Below, piece by piece: positions 54,755 through 64,000 of a DNA stretch of 64,000 bases. Every line of letters starts with the position of its first letter. The stretch's first letter is position 1. Made by a program: the position numbers and the translations under genes. This DNA is from Octopus sinensis (lineage: Eukaryota). Where the stretch lies: assembly GCF_006345805.1 (NCBI RefSeq), contig NC_043004.1:82398001-82462000 (forward strand). The letters run 5' to 3'. The notes under the pieces were generated by a model. The model ran no database searches. It was given only the letters and a program-made list of their open reading frames with translations, and was not told where the DNA came from.

Positions 54755-55753
54755 TACTCTTTTACTCTTTTACTTGTTTCAGTCATTTGACTGCGGCCAT
54801 GCTGGAGCACCACCTTTTAGTACTTATTCTATCGGTCTCTTTTTGCCGAACCGCTAAGTGACGGGGACGTAAACACACCAGCATCGGTTGTCAAGCAATG
54901 CTAGGGGGACAAACACAGACACACAAACACACACACATATACATATATATACATATATACGACAGGCTTCTTTCAGTTTCCGTCTACCAAATCCACTCAC
55001 AAGGCATTGGTCGGCCCGGGGCTATAGCAGAAGACACTTGCCCAAGATGCCACGCAGTGGGACTGAACCCGCAACCGTGTGGTTGGTTAGCAAGCTACTT
55101 ACCACACAGCCACTCCTGCGCCTAATTGTTTATAATGAAACGATAAAGGAATAAAAATATGAATAAATTGGCAAATAATTACATAAATTATTAAATAAAT
55201 AAATAGATAAACAAATAAATACAGAAAATTTGCATGGAAGAAAACGGATTCTTTGGCTTTTAACTCGAATGACAATGAAGAATTCAGCAGTGATTTGTAA
55301 GACTTTGGTTCTACCGATATTTTTGGCTTATCTCTTTACTCTCTCTCTTTTACTCTCTTTTACTTGTTTCAGTCATGACTGCGGCCATGCTGGAGCACCG
55401 CCTTTAGTCGAGCAAATCGACCCCGGGACTTATTCTTTGTAAGCCCAGTACTTATTCTATCGGTCTCTTTTGCCGAACCGCTAAGTGACGGGGACGTAAA
55501 CACACCAGCATCGGTTGTCAAGCAATGCTAGGGGTACAAACACAGACACACGAACATATACACACACACTCATATATATGTACATATATACGACAGGCTT
55601 CTTTCAGTTTCCGTCTACCAAATCCACTCACAAGGCATTGGTCGGCCCGGGGCTATAGCAGAAGACACTTGCCCAAGATGCTACGCAGTGGGACTCAACC
55701 CGGAACCATGTGGTTGGTTAGCAAGCTACTTACCACACAGCCACTCCTGCGCC
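54755..55753 (-). mobile_element. Two adjacent young SINE B copies (54755-55122, 55335-55753)
   Basis: Both share the variants GTGACGGGGACG, AAGCAATGCTAGGGG and AAGGCATTGGTCGGCCCGGGGCTATAGCAG. Confidence 0.9.
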
Positions 55754-56217
55754 TATCTATCTTTAGGATTAATTATCGATCTCATCAAATTACCACTCGC
55801 AGAGTACGGTGCGCAGCGTTCGATCGCACATCGCTTGATTGAAATTAAAACAGCTTGTCGTGTCTATGTTGCCTTTAAGATACGTGACCAGGTCTTCGTT
55901 GATTTCCTTTATGGTTGTGATGGTTGTAGTGCTGGTGGTGTCTCTGTGTGTTGTAATTTGTGTTGGTGTTTTCAGGTGGTAGTGCTGGTGAAGGTGTTGT
56001 TGTTGTTGCTGCTGTTGTTGGGAAGATCCGCTTCTTTGCGCCTCCCCACATTTTCTATTGTCTCTTTGCTCTTTTTCTTTCTTTTCTTTTTCGGCGGCAC
56101 TGTGTGCCCCCCCCCTTCTCCCCATCAGTACTTGAAATGTCCGAATTGATTTGGTTGGGAAAGGGAACGTGTTGTGTGTCTCTCTTCAGTGATGTGGGGC
56201 TTCATCTGCTGGTGGTA

Positions 56218-56291
<74 letters not shown>

Positions 56292-56353
56292 CGACGACGA
56301 CGACGACAACGATGATGATGACGACGACGATGATGATGATGATGATGATGATG

Positions 56354-56396
<43 letters not shown>

Positions 56397-56398
<2 letters not shown>

Positions 56399-56941
56399 CC
56401 CTGATGCAGTACCAGGCGGTGGCTCTCGTGGCTTCTAATCTTAACTGATTGGAAGTGCTATCATGTACATTGTTTTGTCGTGGTATAAAAGACGGGCTAC
56501 AGCAAATATTCTGCTCAATACCACAGATTTGCTTGTCAGTTGTTTGACCTTAACCAGTTGAGCATGTCCCTTAGTGGCTGACGATATGTGCATCTCTGAT
56601 CACGAGCAGAAGTAGTGGGGGAGCATCATCGCCATGTGTTGAGAGGGATTCTTTGGGGTTTGAATAAATCATTTCTGGAAACATGGGTGTTTTGTTCAAC
56701 AACCTTAATTCAGGGACCTTTTGAGCGGGATGGGCTATTCGACCAGAAGAAAATTCTAACTTGGTACCACTTGCAAGGTCATGTGCTGTTTATCTTGATA
56801 TGAAATTACCATATCGCGCACATATGGTTGTGATGCATGTGCCGAGTGTACACTTATCAGACGGGTAGTCATGATGGGTATATTGGGCTTCGTATATTTT
56901 ACCCCAGTGTCACTTTGATGGCATGCACTGCTCTCTCACTC
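56397..56941 (-). mobile_element. ~540-bp non-coding interspersed element with (AAT)n on both sides
   Basis: Sharp boundaries against microsatellite at both ends; the minus strand ends GTACTGCATCAGGGC(ATT)n. No tRNA head recognised. Confidence 0.6.
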
Positions 56942-56959
56942 AATAATATAATAATAATA

Positions 56960-57016
<57 letters not shown>

Positions 57017-57019
<3 letters not shown>

Positions 57020-58050
57020 AAAGAGTAAACGTGATACCAATAGTAATTGGTTGAAAGAGGGTAGACATGATATCAATTGTAATCGGTGTACTTGGAAATA
57101 TCAGCACTCCACTACGAATATGGCTGAAAAAAAATCGGTGCGAATGTGAAGGTAGAACATCAACAAATATCAGTATTGAATGGAACTGTAAGAACTTTTC
57201 ACGGGGTTCTTTAAGTATGATCAATAAAAATGTGTCGCCTTAATCTGCTAGCTGTGGACAACTGACTTTCCATCATACCCAGTAAAATAAGCTGCAATAG
57301 TTTAAATCGCAAATATGTGGCCCGTAGCAAACAAGATGGTGTTGAAGCTCAGGGAGCTCAGGGCTAAAGGCAGTGACCGAAGATCTCATTCAGCTGAATA
57401 AGAACAAAGCCTATTTATCCGAATCTACCAAACCAATTTGTCGAAAGATGGAGTAGATCCAAAATGCCGATTCTGCAATGATGTGATTGAAACTGGACCA
57501 CCCAATCGCTGGATGTCAAATTTTAGACATGTTAGAGTTGGCCAATATCTACGCTTGTTAATATGTCGGTACTATAAAATCAAAAGTGTTGACGAATGGT
57601 ATAAGCATCTTACTGAGGTTGTAACTGAAGGAGAAAATGTAACGAATCTTCGAGACTTCCCGGTACATACGGACCGAACCATCAAAGCTAATAAACCGGA
57701 TATCATTCTGAAAAACTAAAACAATGAAGTCTGTTTATTGATCGGTATGATCCTTGCTTGTGTTCATAATAACTCGGCAAAAGAATTTCATAAGCTCAGA
57801 AAATATAAAGATTTGCTCATTGAAATTCAAAGAAATATGGCATCTCAAGATGGATACAATATGGTGATTATAGGAGCACTAGGAATGATCAAAAAAGGAA
57901 CTGAAAATTATCTCAGAATTATCCCTGGCTTACCACTCTTACAAGTGTAAAAGATTGTTTTTAACTGGTAAGTCACAATTCTGTATGTACCTAAAACAAT
58001 TAGCGAAGGCATAGTATAAGCAACGGAGTTGTAATTGCTGGCCATTTTGG
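57017..58050 (+). pseudogene. Two diverged R4-clade RLE-domain fragments (57017-57300 and 57310-58050)
   Basis: First: VNVIPIVIG..., IVIGVLGNISTPLRIWLKKIG...SVLNGTVRTFHGVL, directly after (AAT)n. Second: DPKCRFCNDVIET, RHVRVGQY, DFPVHTDRTIKANKPDIILK, KLRKYKDLLIEIQR, VIIGALGMIKK. Confidence 0.8.
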
Positions 58051-58299
58051 TGTCGTTGCTTGTACCACTCACCTTGGTTGCTTGCTTTCTCTTGAATTGG
58101 TCAAATTGATGAAGATGCATCGGATGATCATCCAATAAGATTCGGAAATCGATTAAAAATGTACCTTGCTTTTTCATTCTACGGAGAAACAACCCTGTTT
58201 ATATGGACATTAAATAGACTATAGGTTAGTTAGATTACTTAGATAAGTTTCGGCTGATGTTGGCCCTCGTCATGTATAATTTAATAGCACCCACTGGAA

Positions 58300-58760
58300 G
58301 AGATAAACAGTCAGCTCTTGGGAACCATAGCCTATTCGAGCTGAGAGTTATTGTTTTCAGAGACATATCCGGAGGTGGTTGGTTTGTCTAGTATTATATG
58401 GGCTGGCACAATATTGAAGGGAGCAGGACCAGTTGAGGTGAAATAGTTCTGTCGTAGTGTTGGGATACAACACGAACGTGATTTCTGTAGTAGACGGATG
58501 GCACGAGGGCCAAGCCCCAGATGAATTTTAAAGATGATACCTATACCATTTGAACAATGTTGATAGAATATTTTCCACACCATATAGATGATGCTCACGG
58601 CATACCATAACTTGATATTGTGCGTGCTGAGATCTCCGTTGAAGGACCCCTGGAATTTATGAAATAAAATGTTATCGCGTTCGGTATGCAAATTAGCAAT
58701 TCCCGTTTACTGTAGCTACTGTAAATGTTCAACACTCTAAATAAATTGGTTGTCTGTTTC
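58300..58760 (-). pseudogene. Old CR1-like LINE 3' fragment
   Basis: YAVSIIYMVWKIF...TSTGPAPFNIVP resembles the CR1 C-terminal YxIIYIWKIL...GPxLFNxLP. Confidence 0.55.
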
Positions 58761-59529
58761 ATTGGAATTGGTGAGATTGATGTAGAAACCTTTGATAAGA
58801 ATTTAAGCAAAAATCGATTAAGGTTATTCATCGTTTTGTCAATTTACGAGTTACCCTTGTTTATATAGGATACAACATAAATTTATTGACTGACGAAATT
58901 ACAAACCCAATTCAAAGAAAGATTAAAAGAAAACGTATTCTAAAAGTCAAATACGACTCCATTGTCTGTCAAGATTCAGTAAGGTATTTAGATGATTGGT
59001 TTGTGAAGTGTTCTATTTAGATGCCCCATTGTGGAATTTTGTGGCAGGATTTCGTGGTGACGCTGAACATTAGAAGAATAGGTACTCGACGTTTGGTAGG
59101 CCAAAATCGCATATGACACCACAGTTCCAAAGATCTGAAATAAATTTTAAGAAAATATATTCAGCTGATGAATGAAGATAGCGCAAGAAATACAAAAACG
59201 TTAAATTGTGATAAAAAAGATATAATAACGGCTTCTAATCTTGTCACAAGGCCAGCAATTTCGGTGGGGGTTGGACTGGGGATATTGATTACCTCGACCG
59301 CAGTACATGTCTGGTATTTAATTTATCGATCCCATAAGGATGTATGACAAAGTCGATCTCGGCGAAATTTGTACTCAGAACATGGGGACGTGTGAAATGG
59401 TGCAAAGCATTTTGCCTGCGGGGCGGAATATTAGGGTCAAAGCTTGAAGTTTTAAGAGAGGGAATCAGTCAACTGCATCGACACTAGTTTGCATGCATGA
59501 ATGCATTCTTGTGTGTGTGTGTGTGTATA

Positions 59530-59943
59530 CGCTTTTACTTTTTTACTCTTTTACTTGTTTCAGTCATGTGACTGTGGCCATGCTGGAGCACCGCCTTCAG
59601 TCGAGCAAATCGACCCCAGGACTTATTCTGTGTAAGCCGAGTACTTATACTATCGGTCTCTTTTGCCGAACCGCTAAGTTACGGGGACGTAAACACACCA
59701 GCATCGGTTGTCAAGCGATGTTGGGGGGACTAACACAGACACACAAACATATACAAATACATACATATATATGCATATATACGACGAGCTTCTTTCAGTT
59801 TCCGTCTACCAAATCCACTCACAAGGCTTTGGTTGGCCAGAGGCTAAAGTAGAAGACACTTTCCCAAGGTGCCACGCAGTGAGACAACCCGGAATCATGT
59901 GGTTGGTAAGCAAGCTACTTACCACACAGCCACTCCTACGCCT
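59530..59943 (-). mobile_element. Full-length SINE family B
   Basis: Complete tail, body, internal (CA/TA)n and head. Confidence 0.9.
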
Positions 59944-60796
59944 GTATACGTGTATGTACATGTATGCACGCATGCAAGCATGCATGTATGTTTGCATACG
60001 AAGCGCTATATATATATATGTATATGTATCTATGTGTGTTTGTGTGTGTGTGAGTGTGTGTGTGCGTGCGTGCGTGGGTGCGTGTGTGTATATATGTATG
60101 TATGATTGTATGTATGCACACGTGAACGCATGCGTATATATTTATATACGATACGCCATATATATAAATATAAATAATTGAAATAAATGTGTGTGTATGC
60201 GCGCGCGCGCGTATCTTTGTTTTTTTTTGCACCAGCCCACTGCTTGATAACCGATGTTGCTTTGTTTAGGTCCGCATAACTCAGCGTTTCGGCAACAGTA
60301 TCAAATGGATTAAGAAATAAACTCCTGATCCATATTAAAAAAAAAAAAAACTTGTAATCTGTAGAATTTCTGAGTTGCAAAGGGATAAATACCACAAAAA
60401 TTATCAATCAATATATAGCGTTCAAATTTGAGAAAATCAGAAATAACTAGTATACATACGCCGAGAACAGATGAATGGTTTACGAGGAAGAATCTTCCAA
60501 TACATAATCCGATTCGAGCATTAGAAAGGCGATTAATGAAAAATGTCAACTGGAAGAAAACGATAAATAAAAATTAAGTCCATAGAGAATATAAGATTAC
60601 CGTGTTTGATGGCACACACCCGCCCAAATCAGAAAGCAACCCAATCTTTGTAGCGCATATATAGGGGTAAAACGTTTTTAGTGCATAAGACGTTATGATA
60701 TTGGCTTGATGTCGTTTCTAGGACCCCTGTGTGATATCTTGCGTCTATATGACATTAAAGAAGATAATCATTAGAATACCTGTTATCGGAAACAAT

Positions 60797-61121
60797 CTTT
60801 TCTACTCTAGGCATAAGGCCCAAAAGTTTTGGGGAGTGGAGCCAGTCGATTAGATCAAATTCAGTACGCAACTGGTACTTATATAATCGACCCCGAAAGG
60901 ATGAAAGGCAAAATCGACCTCGGCGGAATTTGAACTTAGAACGTAACGACAGACGAAATGCCTATTTCTTTACTACCCACAAGGGGCTAAACACAGAGGG
61001 GACAAACGAGGACAGACAAACGGATTAAGTCGATTACATCGACCCCAGAACGTAACGACAGACGAAATACCGCTAAGCATTTCGTCCGGCGTACTAACGT
61101 TTGTGCCAGCTCGCCGCCCTT
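60797..61121 (-). mobile_element. SINE A with 17-bp target-site duplication, containing a nested 84-bp SINE A type-2 tail
   Basis: TSD CTGTTATCGGAAA(C/T)AAT at 60780-60796 and 61122-61138; inner duplication AGAACGTAACGACAGACGAAAT(G/A)CC at 60938-60962 and 61047-61071. Confidence 0.85.
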
Positions 61122-61785
61122 CTGTTATCGGAAATAATATCAAAGAAATGTATGAACATTGCAGTTCGCTGATCCTTGCATATATCTACCTCTCAATAAT
61201 AAACCGAGATATGCACAGTCACCATCAAAGACCAAGGCAATGATTTGCATACTGATACTTAATACCTTCTCGCAGACTTAGATGGGAATATAATAATTGC
61301 TGATGTGCTTCGTAACAAAAGAGCCGTTTCTTTACAATGAAAATGTATTTATATCATACTCAATTCGTGGAACATTTTCGTAGTATTCCTTCACATAACC
61401 TAGGGACACCTTCAGCTTTTGTTTCTCCTCACCGTCAAGCATATCGATATCCTTCTGAACTTTGTGAAAAGGGGAAACTTATTCCATAGTCTTCTGCCAT
61501 ATCATTGCGATAATTGTTTTTGCCATCAACAATACTACAATTTGGATCGACATGTTTTTCCTAGCTTGCTTCATCAAGTATTGTATCAGACTGAGTAAAA
61601 AGTAAGCAACGTTTTGAACTATGAAGAATCCGCACCGGGTTTGGGCAGACTTTTGAACTCTTTTAAAACATTTTTTTGCAGTTGTCTGATAGCACAGACA
61701 TAGACTTCTCCAAATGTATCAATAAATTAACATTGATATTTTTTTCACTGTTGTTACAATAATCTGAAATAGAACTCTCAGCCCA

Positions 61786-62032
61786 AGCGGCTGAAGCTGC
61801 TCGTGATATCAACGAAACGTTTGGTGAGAAAATGATGAATGAGTGGTCAGCTCGAAAATGGTTTAAACGATTTTGTGGAGACCTGAGCCTTGAAGTTCGT
61901 GGGTGTAGTGGATACCCATCTGTCATCGATGACGGTCAATTAATGACCGTCATTGAGAAAGATCCACGTACAACAACTTAAGAATTGGTAAAAGAACTTC
62001 AAGTTAACCAGAAAACTGCCTACAACCATTTG
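61786..62032 (+). pseudogene. Mariner transposase N-terminal (HTH) remnant
   Basis: AAEAARDINETFGE...ARKWFKRF...PSVIDDGQL...IEKDPRTT-ELVKELQVNQKTAYNHLR. Confidence 0.8.
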
Positions 62033-62289
62033 CGTGTGGCGTGCTAACGTTTCTACCAGCTCATTGCTTTTCCTTCATGCTAATACCGTAGTAGTTACTT
62101 ACCTCCATTTTAGCCTCTGGGGTAATATCACCAATGTTTGATTTGTAAATTTCCTGTAGAATACCATGGCTCTAAAATCACAAATAAGATAATGCTATTT
62201 TTTAATATTTAGTTTAATAAGTCTTGGCAGTGAATGATGGACAACAAGGATTGCAAAAGTTCGTATGCATAGCTAGTTCTATGATGAAA

Positions 62290-62440
62290 GGATAAGCATA
62301 GGAAGACCATGGCTTCGTTACAAGTATGAGCTCAGAACTAACCTGAAAGTGATAAAGATTGCTTCAGAAGCATTAAAAGAAAAGCTGCATTGAATGTAAC
62401 GAGGTGAGGTTAACTTGTTACAAAGCTGTAGGAAATTCGA
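62290..62440 (+). pseudogene. RTE-like LINE C-terminal remnant
   Basis: IGRPWLRYKYELRTNLKVIKI resembles the RTE motif GRPxLRYKDxLKxDLK. Confidence 0.45.
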
Positions 62441-63508
62441 AATTAAATCGCTGGATGGCTGTGCAGATACTAAGGTGAGATAGTTGTTGTTTCACGTGAA
62501 CGGCCGATTTACTAAAGAATCAACGTCAAGCCATCACGAGATTCGGTTTTCTAAAACCTTTTAACGTGCCACATAACAAAGTTGGATTTTTGGCGGTAAC
62601 TTCAGAATATTTAGGCAGTTACTGTAACGACTCAATTCCCGTTTATTATTCATCAACCGTGCTGATACACGGTACAGATTTGCCATCATGAATTTAACGG
62701 AATTATTTTTCCAATTGTAATGAGCTAGTCAAAGACTGAAACGTACCAGCTATTTCATCATAGACTCCATTTGTGTCGAATATCAACAACTTTTTTAAGC
62801 ACCGAAGGAACGTCGGAAACTATTCTTTTTCGAAGGTGGGACGTGCTGAGATTCCCATTTGGTGTAAGCAGCAGAATGCACCAAACACAGCTTGATTGAT
62901 ATTGGTTGAACAAAAAGAACAAACAAAATAATGTAATGGGTACAGGTATGAGGTCAGGGACAATAAGAGTACTTGGAGCGAACTTGACGAACACTTTACA
63001 TCAAACGGCTGTTGAAAAAGACTTGATAGTGTATATTCTCAAAAAAATATTCTGAATCTGTTACACTTTCAGTTCTCAAAATGCACGAGGAAAAATATGG
63101 TTGTGAGTTATCAACATCATGCCTTGAGGGAATGCACAAAATGACAGGGGAAATTCATCATATTTACACAAAACTGCTTGATTAAATATCTTACTTTTCC
63201 TTTTCTTTTTTCTTTCTTTTTCATTTTGCTAGTTGTAAAATTGAAAGTTGAAGACTGATGTTGTTATTCTGTCAAAGTGGGAACGCAGTTTGCTCTAGTT
63301 CAAACTTTTGGATTTGAATTTCTATAACTTTCAATTTCTATGTATCACTTTTCATTTTGACCATGACAGTGACGGGTAAGCTGTCGAAATATTGTTCAAA
63401 CCAATAAAATATCTATTGCAATCATATCACGTTCTTCATGTTGTCTAGTTAACTTTGTGAGTAGTTTCGTCAATCCTTTTAAAATATCATCATCATCATC
63501 ATTACTAA

Positions 63509-63578
<70 letters not shown>

Positions 63579-63581
<3 letters not shown>

Positions 63582-63789
63582 TAGTTTTATTTTTATAGCG
63601 TGCTTTCACTTCACTACCGAGCACAGCTCTGTGTGCCTTGGGTATGTGCTGTGATTTGTTGTGATGCTCTGATGGTTATTGTATGGAAAGTGTTCTGCGT
63701 AGGATGTGTGCAGTGCCTAGTAGTGCACTCTTCTGTATGTTATATGTGTTTGTAAGTCCTGGTGTTTTTGTTATGTATTTGTCTGAATA

Positions 63790-63793
<4 letters not shown>
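63579..63793 (-). mobile_element. 5'-truncated 3' end of the R4/Dong-like element, flanked by (TTA)n
   Basis: Near-identical to 16978-17192; TAA-type repeats on both sides. Confidence 0.92.
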
Positions 63794-63850
<57 letters not shown>

Positions 63851-64000
63851 TTGTTTTTTTCCGTCACGAGAAAATGAATAATTAACGCGGAGAGCGTTGA
63901 AGAATTTTCACGCGGAGAAATTAAAAACTCGACAGAGGAGCAACAAACATTTTTCTGTGTATATTTCAAGAAAAATCTGTAAAATTATGGAAAACCTGAT

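Noticed and set aside
58225-58285. Hammerhead-like string on the minus strand (ATGACGAGGGC...GCCGAAACTT)
   Set aside because: C3 is replaced by A without compensation and no stem I pairing could be found.
62735-63060. Mariner catalytic-domain remnant on the minus strand
   Set aside because: Only a faint YCPDL similarity to YSPDL; too degenerate to support.

Overview
AT-rich, repeat-saturated animal DNA. The SINE families, microsatellite load and LINE content resemble an octopus (coleoid cephalopod) genome; that assignment is an inference. No host protein-coding gene could be identified, only a few weak exon candidates, and almost all listed ORFs are microsatellite or antisense artefacts. Supported content: (1) a near full-length ~4.1 kb R4-clade (Dong-like) RT+RLE retrotransposon (16978-21070, minus), plus three short 3' copies and two diverged relatives, mostly next to (TAA)n; (2) a 5'-truncated L1/Tx1-like APE+RT element (34647-38583, plus) and a second 3'-end copy, both in (TATC)n; (3) a decayed Naiad-like Penelope element (RT+GIY-YIG) beside a 100-N gap with a duplicated flank; (4) several short elements in (TA)n or (TAA)n that carry minimal type I hammerhead ribozyme folds, including canonical cores and G3:C8, A9C, A6U and U4C variants; (5) an internally deleted CsRn1-like Gypsy remnant whose primer-binding site extends to a 48-nt copy of mature tRNA-Trp, with one substitution exactly opposite position 58; (6) several tRNA-headed SINE families, Tc1/mariner MITEs, and CR1/RTE/mariner fragments. 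The best leads are the tRNA read-through fossil, the hammerhead variants, and the partitioning of microsatellite targets among retroelement classes. All alignments and folds were done by eye and need computational confirmation.
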